The position numbers and the translations under genes were made by a program. From Octopus vulgaris (Eukaryota), in assembly GCA_951406725.2 (NCBI GenBank), contig OX597815.1, forward strand, positions 189,906,001 through 189,970,000: DNA of 64,000 nucleotides, given 5' to 3'. Positions 51,932 through 64,000 of this stretch are shown here, piece by piece (within the stretch, counting starts at the first letter, position 1; every line of letters begins with the position of its first letter). The notes under the pieces were generated by a model. The model had not been told where the DNA came from, searched no databases, and worked only from the letters and a program-made list of their open reading frames with translations.

Positions 51932-53342
51932 GAGAGCAATGATGATGATGAAGACGACAACAATAATGATGATGACGATGATGATGACGACGACAATGAT
52001 GATGATAAGTCTAAAATTTCCTTTTAATTTCATACTATACATACTCTTTTACTCTTTTACTCTTTTACTGGTTTCAGTCATTTGACTGTGGCCATGCTGG
52101 AACACCGCCTTTAGTTGAGCAAATCGACCCCGGGACTTATTCTTTGTAAGCCCAGTACTTATTCTATCGGTCTCTTTTGCCGAACTGCTAAGTGACATGG
52201 ACGTAAACACTCCAGCATCGGTTGTCAAGCAATGCTAGGGGGACAAACACAGACACACAAACATATACACACACATACATATATATACATATACATATAT
52301 ACGACAGGCTTCTTTCAGTTTCCGTCTACCAAATCCACTCACAAGGCATTGGTTGGCCCAAGGCTATAGCAGAAGACACTTGCCCAAAATGCCACGCAGT
52401 GGGACTGAACCCGGAACCATGTGGCTGGTAAGCAAGCTACTTACCACACAGCCACTCCTGCACCAATATACTTATATTGTTTTTGCTAAAATTCTTCTCT
52501 TTGACCCTTTTTTTTGGCAACTTTGCTTGATACCATTTCCAAGTATGAAACCAGTAAGGTTTGGACTTTTAAGAGAAGAATCAGACCAAGAACTAAATAA
52601 TATCAACATTTCTAAAAATTCTTCCCTGTCTTCTAAAGTCAGGTTCTCTTGTTAATTTTGAGCTTCGGCTTTGCAACTCATTAACAGGGAACTTAAAATA
52701 TGTCTGAACCAATGATTTAAATATATATATAAAAACATACTTAAATATACATAAAATATACTTGATTAAAATATACTTCCATGTACTTTAACTTCACTTA
52801 ATTAAATTATACTTAAATATATTTAAAATATATATAATTAAAATATTCTCAAATATACTTAAATTATTCTTAATTAAAATATACTTAAATAAGCTTAAAA
52901 CATAATTAGTGTTTAAGTATGTCTTGTACAGTATTTATGTACTCTTCACTTTCACTTTATGCAAATGAGTTATATCTGGTACAATTTTGTTTAAATTTTA
53001 ATATATAGACTTTTGCTACATTTTTCTGGCATTTCGGAGGAAATTAGAAAGCAAATTTTAATGATAAACAAAACATAGTCAGTTCAATCCACATTTCCAG
53101 TTTAGTGAAATTTAGGTCCTTCATAGGCCTAATTTCACTAAATACATACACATACAACAAGTACATTCATAATACAATTCTATATTTAAGAGATGAGGAA
53201 TTATGTTCATTATTTACATTATTTACATTATTACGTTTATATATTTGTTGTGCTAAACTGGCAAAAAGACCATTCCGAAATACAACAATTATTTACATTA
53301 TTTACATTTGATGGATATTTGTCCTCATCTTGTTTGTTGTTA

Positions 53343-53386
53343 ACACAATGTTCCGGCTGATATACCCTCCAGCCTTCATCAGGTGT
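53343..53386 (-). ncRNA. Hammerhead motif (second copy of SINE-linked family)
   Basis: acac-CTGATGA-aGGCTG-gagggtatat-CAGCC-GGAA-CA-TT-gtgt. Confidence 0.65.
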
Positions 53387-54067
53387 CTTGGGGAAATTTC
53401 GAACCTGGGTTCTCATTCCTAAGGTATTTTTCGATGTTATTATTATTATAAAAAGCACTCACTACACTCTCGGAGTGGTGCAGCCTTTCGGCTCAACAGC
53501 CCTCAGTCAACCCATCCAACCCATGCCAGCATGGAAGACGGATGTTAAACGATGATGATGATGATGATGATGATGAGGTTGATGATATACAAATGAAATA
53601 TGCCTTGTACAATTTGCAAATACTTTAATCAGCATCCCTCAGCTAAGTCATTGTGTATACTCTTTACTCTTTACTCTTTACTCTTTTACTTGTTTCAGTC
53701 ATTTGACTGCGGCCATGCTGGAGCACCGCCTTTAGTCAAGCAAATCAACCCCGAGACTTATTCTTTGTAAGCCCAGTACTTATTCTATCGGTCTCTTTTG
53801 CCGAACCGCTAAGTGATGGGGGATGTAAACACACCACAACATCGGTTGTCAAGCAATGCTAGGGGGACAAACACACACAAACACACACACATACAAATAT
53901 ATACATATATATATACATAAATTTAAAAAATTGAGGGAGATAAATTAATATTAATTTTAATATCAATTTAAAACCAGTAGTCCAGCATTCAAAAAATCTG
54001 AGGAGTCAGAGAAAATTCAAATATATGTGTATATTGGCAGGGCTGGCCTGCTAGGTAGCCGGCCAGA

Positions 54068-54174
54068 ATGCTAGAAAAAGATCATCAACGATCAAACTAC
54101 AAGGGAAATTCTCTAGAGAATTTCTTTAGAGAATTTCCCTTGTAGTTTGATCGTTGATGATCTTTTTCTAGCAT
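54068..54174. repeat. Perfect 48-bp inverted repeat inside an insertion in a SINE (TA)n tract
   Basis: 54068-54115 is the exact reverse complement of 54127-54174. Confidence 0.95.
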
Positions 54175-55816
54175 ATATATACATATATACGACAGGCTTC
54201 TTTCAGTTTCCGTCTACCAATTCCACTCACAAGGCATTGGTCGGCCCGGGGCTATAGCAGAAGACACTTGCCCAAGATGCCACACAGTGGGACTGAACCC
54301 GGAACCATGTGGTTGGTTAGCAAGCTACTTACCACACAGCCACTCCTGCACCTATATTTATATCTATATTTATTCATAACCAGTTCTGTAGTTGTGCCCA
54401 AGTAATATACTGTTGCACATGCATTTTTTTTCCAAGATATTAGAAATAACATTGAAAATCAATCAGTGTATTAGCATATTACTAGAATACTCTTATAGTA
54501 TTGGTCTCTTTCTTTTACTCTTTTACTTGTTTCAATCAGATTCTTAATACATAAATGTTTTTAATTGCAATGCAATTAACTTCTTTATTGTATTAAGCGG
54601 GTGAAGGTAAAGAAATATTTTTACCGTTAATTTATAATACAAATAAGAAAATGGAGAAACAAATTTAGTTTGTTCATCAACTTTCGGATATTAGAATGTT
54701 GAATTATTTATTCATTTAACAAAATGAGAACCGCGAACCTCCGACTGTGAGTCCACTGCCCTAACTACTGGGCCATAGCACCTCCAAAAGTGAATTAGGT
54801 ATAACTTATTTGCATAATAATATATTTAAACTTGTACTATATGACAGTAAGGAGTACATAAAGAAATAATGTAGAATAGAAATGGTTGTTAAGTATGATG
54901 GATGGCAAGAATAACAAGACTGTGGTTTAAACAAATCTAATTGAAATATCAACCACATAGACTACAGAAATAATAACCTGCCAACAATCATATTGGAAAT
55001 GAGCAAGTTTTAACAACCAGTTAAGTGCAGGAGATAAAATCATAAAAATGGGGTTGAATAGAAGTAATTATTGCTAATCAAATGTTCCTATTTATGATTA
55101 ATAAGATCAATATCGACCAAAGTCCTTGAATGGGAATCAGTACAAAAGCTGCCTTTTAGAATTTGACTTGAAAATTTCGAAAATACTTTTTCATGCTCTT
55201 TTGCTTCTTATTATTATTAGAGTTTAGTGATTATAGCGTCATTTCATGGACATTTCTTCAAAGACTGGTTGACCACTTGGGAAAAGCCAAATGAATAAAG
55301 GAGTCTCTACATAATCACTACAGAAATAACAGCCAAAGCTTCTTTAAATCACATCTCGTTACACTTAAAAGAGAAGGATATATTGAATAACATAGTCCTA
55401 GCTACAACTGTCATGATGAAACTAACTCTGATTAACCTAGGGCTAAATAAGTAAATGCTATATAATTCTGCATTTAAACCTACCATGTCAGACACAAATA
55501 TTTTACCAGGTTTATTTTCAAACTGACCAGATTAAGCATCTCACACCTACTCTATAATGTCATAGAAAAACTAAGCAATCACATCATTGAAATCTTGAAC
55601 ATGCAAGATACTCTTTTACTTTGTTCAGTCATTTGACTGCAGCCATGCTGGAGCACCGCCTTTAGTCGAGCAAATCGACCCCAGGACTTATTCTTTGTAA
55701 GCCTAGTACTTATTCTATCAGTCTTTTGTCGAACCGCTAACTTATGGGGACGTAAACACACCAGTATCGGTTGTCAAGCGATGTTTGGGGGGGGGGGGGG
55801 ACAAACACACATTTAT

Positions 55817-55850
<34 letters not shown>

Positions 55851-58800
55851 GACGGGCTTCTTTCAGTTTCTGTCTACCAAATCCATTCACAAGGCTTTGG
55901 CCAGCCCGAGACTATAGTAGAAGACATTTGCCCAAGGTGCCACGCAGTGGGACTGAACCTGTAACCATGTTGTTGGTAAGCAAGCTACTTACTACACAGC
56001 CACTCCCGTGCCTACGGATTAGATAAATTTTGCTAGAAAAAGTATCAAAATTTCACTGAAATGTATTCCAATACTTTAAAAAAGGAAGAACACATTGGAT
56101 AATGTAATCCCAAATATATGCGAATAAAAGATTGAATGGTCATGGCTTGAATGCCTTTGATCTATGATCTGCTCAGTCAGGCTTAACCTGGGGCTAAACA
56201 ACAACAATAGCTGTGTTTATGCAAGTCAATGAGGAAACAACAACAACAAAATTAGGAGCACTCAGCCAGTTATGACGACAAGGGTCCCAGCTGATATGAC
56301 TAAAGGAACAGCTTGCTTGTGAAATTAATGTGCAAGTGGCTGAATACTCCACAGACACGTGTACCCTTAATGTCATTCTCAGGGAGATTCAGCATGACAT
56401 AGTGTGACAAGGCTGGCCCTTTGAATTTACAGGTATTTTTCATTTTTGCCAGCTGAATGGACTGGAGCAACGTGAAATAAAGTGTCTTGCTCAAGGACAC
56501 AACACATAGCCAGGAATTGAACTCACGACCTACAATCGAAAGCCAAATGCCCTAACCACTAAACCATGCACCTTCATAACAACAACAACAGCCAACAACT
56601 CCATATGTATATCTTCAGCCAAAGAAACGTCTTCGTATTTCTAGTCATTATTTATACATCTCTGACTAGTTAATCACGGGGATGGTCATGGCTGGAATAC
56701 CAATGATATAAATTTGCTCGATCAGAGTTGACCTGGTGGGTGTGTGAGAAAGGGCTACTGACAACTGTATTTACAATTCTACTTCACTTCCAAGAGCTAG
56801 ACAGATCAATAATAGAAAACAGGAGATGTATGCAGAGTGCGTAGTAATACTAATATGATATTTCCATTTCATATTTGCTGCGCTGTTTATGAGCATAATA
56901 TACTGTCATTTAAGCAGATGATGTTTATTCTGTACACTCTAGTTCAGTAGCTGCTACACACCAACGTTAGAACAATGGATAATTGACGAGCAATGAATAA
57001 ATGATGAGCAGATCTGTGGCTTACAGTTTTGGCATTAGATTCTTACTAAAGATATTTTGTTCTTTATGAGACACAGAAAGAAAGCACTCTGTAGTGTATT
57101 TATATATATATATATATATATATGAGTTGTTTTTCTTTTATTCTGATACAGAAATGGACTGCAAGATTGATTATAAACCCAAGAGTATTGGGCTATTTCT
57201 ACAGACAGTTCTTAAGAAATTAAGATTAGTATTTTCCATCATAAATATTTGTTACCAATTAACTGATATTAAAGTTCTTGGTAATATAATGTGATATTAT
57301 TGCTGTTGCATTTTATGTTTTTATGGATTATGTTACAGAAATTATCATATGTGTAATGAGAATTGATTTTCTTGATGGGAAGCCTCTAACAGTGCAGCTT
57401 GACCAGACATATGCTGAGAAAGTAGATGAAAAGGCATTCAATAAGTACTTCTAGTCATAACTAGTTTGTCTTTCGGGGAGATATGCAATCGTAAAATTAA
57501 GGGGTGCTTTAAAATAAAGGGCTTAAAGTATGCAATATATTTGTAAAATTTATCATGAGGTTTGTTTTTTTTAAGGCAGTTTTAACTCTGGCATTGAAGT
57601 GGTTAAGTGATGCCATAAAAGTCCCTGCCACAGCTTGCTTCCAACCCTAATGGTATTGACGGTGAGCTGGCAGAATCGTTAGCACGCCAGGCGAAATGCT
57701 TAGCAGTATTTCGTCTGCCGCTACATTCTGAGTTCAAATTCCACCGAGGTCAACTTTGCCCTTCATCCTTTTGGGTCGATTAAATAAGTACCAGTTACAC
57801 ACTGGGGTCGACATAATCGACTTAATTCGTTTGTCTGTCCTTGTTTGTCCCCTCTGTGTTTAGCCCCTTGTGGGTAGTAAAGAAATAGGTATTTCCTCTG
57901 TTTTTACATTCTGAGTTCAAATTCCGCCAAGGACGACTTAGCCTTTCATCCTTTCGAGGTCGATTAGATAAGTACCAGTTACGCACTGGAGTCAATATAA
58001 TCGACTTAAGCCCCTTGTGGGTAGTAAAGAAATGGGTATTCTTTCAGTTTTTCTTTTACTCTGTTACTCGTTTAACTGTTTCAGCCATTAGACTGTGGCC
58101 ATGCTGGGACACCACCTTGAAGACTTTAGTTGATCAAGTTATCCCTTATATTCAAAGTTTGGTACTTATCCTAATAGTCTGTTTATTATTGAACTGCTGT
58201 GTTGGAGGGACATAAACAAACTAACACCAGTTAGCTGTCTGTGAGAGAGACAAACACACAGAGAAAGATGCACACACCATACTCTTGCTCTTCCCCCCAC
58301 TATCCATCTTTACTTTTTGTCGCCTCTGCCATTGCCAATCACCCCCTTATTGACACCACCCTACACATAGCCCCCACCTTCTCCCCAGCCACTTGTTCCT
58401 TCCTCCCTTTCACACATTCTGTTCCTTCAGATGTTCTTGCATCTGTTTGTCTTTTCTTTTCTCTCTCTAATTCTGTTTGTCTTTTCTTTTCACTCTTTAA
58501 TTCCACCCTACATTCACTTAACCAAATTTACCCTAAATCAGTATTTCTCAACCAGGGTTCATGTTGACCACTAGCATTTGGCCCGGCGTGCTAACGTTTC
58601 TGCCAGCTTGCTGCCTTACATAAAATATGTATTCTTTTCTACTCTAGGCATAAGGCCCAAAATTTTTGGGGAGAGACCCAGCCAATTAGATCGATTCCAA
58701 TTCACAACTGGTACTTGATTTATCAACCCTCGAAAGGTGAAAGGCAAAGTCGACCTCGGTGGAATTTGAACTCAGGATGTAAAGACAGACGAAATACCAC

Positions 58801-58879
58801 TAAGCATTTCACCCGGTATGCTAACGTTTCTGCCAGCTCGCCACCTTGAATGGATAACATTTTTTAATTTTTTTATTTA

Positions 58880-59135
58880 TCTAGTTTCAGCTCACATGCT
58901 GTGGCCATGCTGGGGCACCGCCATTTGGTGTTGCTACATGATTTTACTTCACGAGTGCTTTTTAGCAATTGCCATTTGGTGCATGAGAGAGTTCGATGCA
59001 GCTGCCCTCATCTGCACCTCCTGCCATGAAGTTGGTTCATCTGGGATGCCTGACAAGAAGAGATCCAGTTTCATTTTAAAGACATCTGCGTCCACCCCAT
59101 GCATGTCTCTTAGGTTCTTAGCATATAATGCTAAA
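58880..59135 (-). mobile_element. CR1-like LINE 3' end sharing its tail with the CORE SINE
   Basis: LRDMHGVDADVFKMKLDLFLSGIPDEP...AASNSL, then GGTGCCCCAGCATGGCCACAGC..GCTGAAAC. Confidence 0.75.
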
Positions 59136-59846
59136 TAAAAAACCGGATGACTACAGCTGGAATGTGGATCCCTTTGTTTCTTATTTTATGGATCATAGGT
59201 CTGCTGGATCAAATTTAATCTGATAATAAAAAAATACAGTATTGCACTATAGGGACAATTATTGTCTTTTGTATTGGTGTCATTGGCAAGTATATATATG
59301 TTGGAAAGTATATATATGTAGTTATAAGATCTAAGGACCTAAGCGTAAGAAGTTTGTAAGCTTCAAGCAGTCCTTGGTGAGTAAAAAAAAATGTACAGGA
59401 ACAATAGCAACTTATTGGTGCCAAAGGCTGTAGGCTTTCAAATTATATCTATAGTGAGTTAAGTTGGGGTTCCTTAATGACAAAGTAATCTTCATATAAT
59501 TAATGTATCTGCAGCCTAGTGAGTAGCTAGTTGAGTACTCCTCATTGAGTAATTATGACATCAGAGGGTCAACTAGCTAGGAAACATATGCAGACTGGAT
59601 TTTAACTGCTCCTCTCCCTTAATTTGGATGTGTGTATGTCTGTCTGTCTGTGTCTATATTTGTTATTAGTGACAAGCAGTAATAGTTCAGAATAGCATTC
59701 TGTATATCTTACTCAATGTGGTTATGGTCTAGAAGCCAGAAAGTCTATGAGATGCTTTCTCAAGATGAATACCGCAGTAGTGTGGCTTTCTATAGTATAT
59801 ATCCAAGTAAACGGAAAAATATATACGTACATGCATACATAAATAC

Positions 59847-59968
59847 ATATACCCAATGCAGGAAAAGCAGTAAAATGTGACAACCGATGCACACCTTGCG
59901 TAGTTAACTCCAAAGATACCACCCACATCATATGCAGTTGTCCAAAAATGTCCTCATGGTATTATCTA
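59847..59968 (+). mobile_element. R4/Dong-like LINE, 5' part of split fragment (CCHC knuckle)
   Basis: CDNRCTPC..DTTHIICSCPKMSSWYYL continues in frame at 63276. Confidence 0.8.
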
Positions 59969-62900
59969 CATTGTAATCCAACATCAGACAGTTGTAAGAC
60001 CCACTCCGGTATCACACTATAGTTAACTAGACAAGTAAGGACATGACTGTCTATAACCAGCTTTGCCAACTTCTTGACCCCTCAACGTCCTATGTCACAG
60101 TATTTATAATGACTATCACATACCACTCATCGTGTGGGAGGGGTGTTCCATTATTACTATTATCCCCATAACGTCTCCACTTTTAATTTTGATTTTTTTC
60201 TCCTAGGGAGTGTAATTTTATTTCTTTTTATTAACAATAGTTTTTACATCACCCTACCTCCTTTTCGGGTTTTTGTTTTTTCATACAGTTATAAATTTAA
60301 TATTTTCCCGTTTGACATCCACTTCCAGGGACTCAGTACATTTTCTTCACTTAGCTTAAAACCTCATTCTCTTATCTTTTTGACAACCCTTTTTACATGT
60401 TCTAAATGTTGTTCGTGTGATCCACTTTTTATTAGGACATCATCTAGATTGGCAATAGTAAAATCACAGTCTGCCTGCATTGTATCCATTACTTGTTGAA
60501 ATACAGAAGGAGCCACTTTTGCACCAAAGGGAAGCCGTTCAAATTTAAACAAGCCACAGTGTGTATTAACGGCTAAGTGTGAGCATTCTTCTACTTGGAT
60601 AGGTAAATATGCCTCTGAGAGGTCTAATTTTGAGAAGAATTTCTCTCCATTCAATTATGCAAACACTTCTTCAGGACTCAGCGATGGGTAATTATGCGAG
60701 ATTAAGCAATCGTTCAAACCCATCGAAAAATATGCCCCAACTCATAACTTATTATTTTTCTTTTACATAGACCATAGGTGCTGTTCAATCTAAGTGGTCT
60801 GTCTTCTCAATTATTCTTAGCCTTTCAAGTCTTTCAAATTCCCTATTTACCTCTTCTAGCACCGTGAACGTTACATTATGCTTTTGGCTTAAATACAGGT
60901 GTTACGGTTTATTTTAATGCAATATTTTCCTTTGTTTTCATACAGCAGCCCAGTTCATTCGAAAAAACATCTGGGAATAAATGTTTTATTTTTCATTTCA
61001 ATCCCTCAGCCGCATTCAAACCTTTGACTGAACCAACTATATTCCCACACAAAACACTTATGGGTGTATTTTACAATTTGAACAGTTCCATGCACTCTGA
61101 ACTGAATAGATTAACTGCATTTTTTAACACATATACTTTTGCCATTTTCATTTGGTCACAAATTGTCACATTACTGGGGTACCAGTCTTTCTCTTTTCCC
61201 TACCCTCTGCCTTCAGCACTTGACATTTTTATAGAGAACCCATTTCTTGTCACCACTATTCAGTCTAAAAATGGTTCATTCGTAAGACATGACAGCAAAA
61301 GAGAGCACACATTCAATGTCTGCGCGCGATGAGACTCAATAAGTTTGTGAAGAGCCTGCTGACTCAATTTGCTGACTTTTCCAATGGCATGTAGGTGTTG
61401 ATGAATGGTTGAATGACCAAATCCAAGCTTCTCTGCTAGTTCCTCAACCGTTAGGGTTTGCAGGACATCATCATCGAGCTCTGCAGATCTTCCAGGATAA
61501 GGCTCCTCTTCTAGGCTGTAGTTCCCAGCTTGCAATTTTGGGAACTACCGCTGATACTGGCTTATTGTCCAATCTCCATATACTACATTAATATTCTTCG
61601 CACTTTCCTTTGTGTTGTTGCCGTTATTGAACTCATAAAGCAAAATATGCCGAATATGCTCCTTTGTTACTTCCATAATAGCTTTGAAAAAATAACTGTT
61701 AAAATCGAACTGCACTCTTCAAAACTTGCACTAAGAATAAGGAACACGGTAAAATTACTACCTGCTTTTATAACAAATTGATATAGGTAGTTTATCCCAT
61801 CTCTCTCCAACTTTTAGTTAACAAACAAGTGGTATGTGATAGTCATGGTATGTGATAGTCATTACAAATACTGTGACATCACAAAAATCAAATTATCTAT
61901 AGGCTGACCCAATACTTCCAAGTTTCTTCAGTTACAGTATCTAACTGCATTTTAACTCTTATATTATATTTTCAATCAACACATTTACGAATTCCCTCTT
62001 TGTCGCATTACCATTTTCTTTTGACAACATCTTGTTTACTTTTTCCTTTGTTCCAACGTTTTGTCATCTTGGTTTTTCAGGGCACTTTTATATATCCAGT
62101 TTTTCCACAACAGAAACATCCCACGTTCTTAAATGGACAGTTTTTTTCTCAGCTATAGACCGCCACATTCAAAACATGGCTTTGTTTCCTGACTTTTGTC
62201 CTGTTTCTACTGTATTTCAGTACAAACACGATTTCTATTCTGCCTGTTTTACACTTGTTTCGCTTGGGAACAATCTTTATGTTCAATTTTGTCTGTGACA
62301 TGTCTTCGATTTACTACTCTTTCACACTCTTCTGGCACTTGTGGTAAGGTTACAGCCTGGTTGTGTTCCAGTTTAGCAAGAATTCTTGTTCTTATTTCTG
62401 TGCTTTTTTCTGCCATTAGCCCCTGAGTAAATATCAGGCACTTGAGCATGTCTGGCATTAACTCATCCAGTTTGAACTTTTCACATTCTGTGTCAACTCT
62501 ACCAACATATGTGATGTAGTCCTCCTCATTGTTCTTTCCTAGATTCAAACATTTCCAGCATGTATTGAACAACAAGCTTTTCTTGCTAAAAATTCTACAC
62601 AATATGTCTTTTGTATTTTTAAAGTTTATATCAAAAGGGTTTTGCGGGAGTATGGAATTTCTGTGACCCTCATGTTCTTCTGCTGCCAGTTTTCTTAGGA
62701 TCAGACACGTATTCATATCGTCATCCCAATCTTTGCACTCTTTACTGAAGATCTGTTTGTATCTTATATAGTACACCTTGAAGTTAACTCCTTCATCTGG
62801 TTCGTATCGGAATTCTGTTAATTGAGTTTGCAACATTATCTGGTGAGAACATGTCCTTTCAGCATTTTTGGATAACTTACTATTCATTAATTGCAATATC

Positions 62901-63275
62901 TGCTGCTGTAATAATAACTGTTGTTGCAGTTGCTGTAATTGTTGTTGTTGTTGCAGCTCGAGCAAAGTGACCAACAATTCTTCCATAATTTTACAATTTT
63001 GTATATCATAAAATTCACACAAAAAACTGTTGTGAGTTTCATAACTCCTTGTGAATTTGTTTGATCCTAGTGAGTTTGTTAATTTCTTATCACCACTATT
63101 ATAATCCAACTGTACTCCGGTATAGCAATACAGTTAGTTAGACAAGACACGACTATCTATGATTAACTTCAACTTCTCAATCACTTGACTTCCTACATCA
63201 CAGTATTTGTAACGACTAGCACAACCACATATCACATGGGAGGAGTGTTCTATAATTATCATTATCCCCATAACA
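59969..63275 (-). mobile_element. Ty3/Gypsy LTR retrotransposon (decayed, internally deleted)
   Basis: LTRs at 59969-60173 and 63097-63275, 5-bp TSD ATCTA, PBS TGGTG, polypurine tract, gag-like ORF 62249-63109, RT motifs FSKLDLSEAY, RLPFG and NLDDVLI at 60364-60654. Confidence 0.9.
61170..61914 (-). mobile_element. Truncated mariner inserted in the Gypsy element
   Basis: One TIR (TA-TTGGGTCAGCCTATAG) and HTH-region translation SLEEEPYPGR..ELAEKLG..STIHQHLHAIGKVSK. Confidence 0.8.
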
Positions 63276-64000
63276 ATCTACCAATGAGACATGATATTGT
63301 AGCTAGGACACTGTATTACAAGATCCATCAAAAGGATAACCCTGAGTACAAAGAAATAAGAAACCACAGTATTGTAGAAGCCATAGCCACTCATAATAAA
63401 AAGGAATACTGGTGGAATGTCTCAGTGAAAACTTCAATAAAATGTAAGCACAACAGACCTGATATAATGATTTGGGATAGAGAAGAGAAACTGTGCACAG
63501 TTGTAGAAATTAGCTGCCCAACAGATGTTAACATAAAGCTGAAGATCAGTGTAAAAGAGAACACCTATGCTGAACTATTGAGAAATCTACAGTTACTCTA
63601 TCCAGATTACAAGTTCAGGTTTATACCTGTAGTTATTGGGGCTCTGTAATATGTAACACACTGCCTAAATACTAATCTTGAGAAATTAGGCTTTTCAAAT
63701 CCAGGAAGGAGAAAGCTAATTCGAAGACTACAGATCCAATCCATCACTGGAACTGTAAAAATCTGTAAAACTTTCCAGAAGTTTATCATTTAAATATATA
63801 TGAGCATGTCTAGATATGCAACTATATGCATGAGAATACTTACATAAAACAGAACATACAAATCTAAACATATACATACATACATACATACAAAAATACC
63901 CTGTTGTTGATGTTGAAATTCCAATGAAGTATCCTTGGATCTTGGTTAGAAACTAACTCTTTCCCTATTGGCAAGAAATCTTGAAATAAAACTGAATAAT
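63276..64000 (+). mobile_element. R4/Dong-like LINE, restriction-like endonuclease and 3' UTR
   Basis: RHDIVA..NRPDIMIWD..VVEISCP..KENTY..IPVVIGAL (RHD and PD-(D/E)xK motifs). Confidence 0.88.

Noticed and set aside
62249-63109. 286-aa ORF as a host gene
   Set aside because: Lies between Gypsy LTRs next to the PBS, so it is gag-like.

Overview
Repeat-saturated, AT-rich animal DNA. The SINE/LINE families suggest an octopus or other cephalopod (inference). No intact host gene is visible. Nearly all ORFs in the supplied track come from microsatellites or decayed transposons. Elements present: tRNA-derived SINEs (a CORE-type family and a Sauria/Meta-like family, including an 11-unit SINE tandem array), RTE, CR1 and R4/Dong LINE fragments, a full-length dead mariner, a Gypsy LTR element nested in an R4/Dong LINE, and piggyBac-, hAT-, mariner- and Helentron-type non-autonomous elements. 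Two signals are not explained by the ORF track. First, several unrelated short repeat families carry type-I hammerhead-ribozyme folds: one near-perfect copy at 15488-15546, a tRNA-headed SINE carrying a hammerhead, and two families with a compensatory U3:A8 core. These often sit in (TA)n tracts as foldbacks, as expected for Penelope-like/retrozyme elements. Second, scattered, frameshifted minus-strand exon relics (signal peptide/CUB-like, C-type lectin, LRR-like, 7TM-like) may be a decayed GRL101/LGR-type receptor gene spanning about 16-40 kb. All calls were made by eye, with no database searches.
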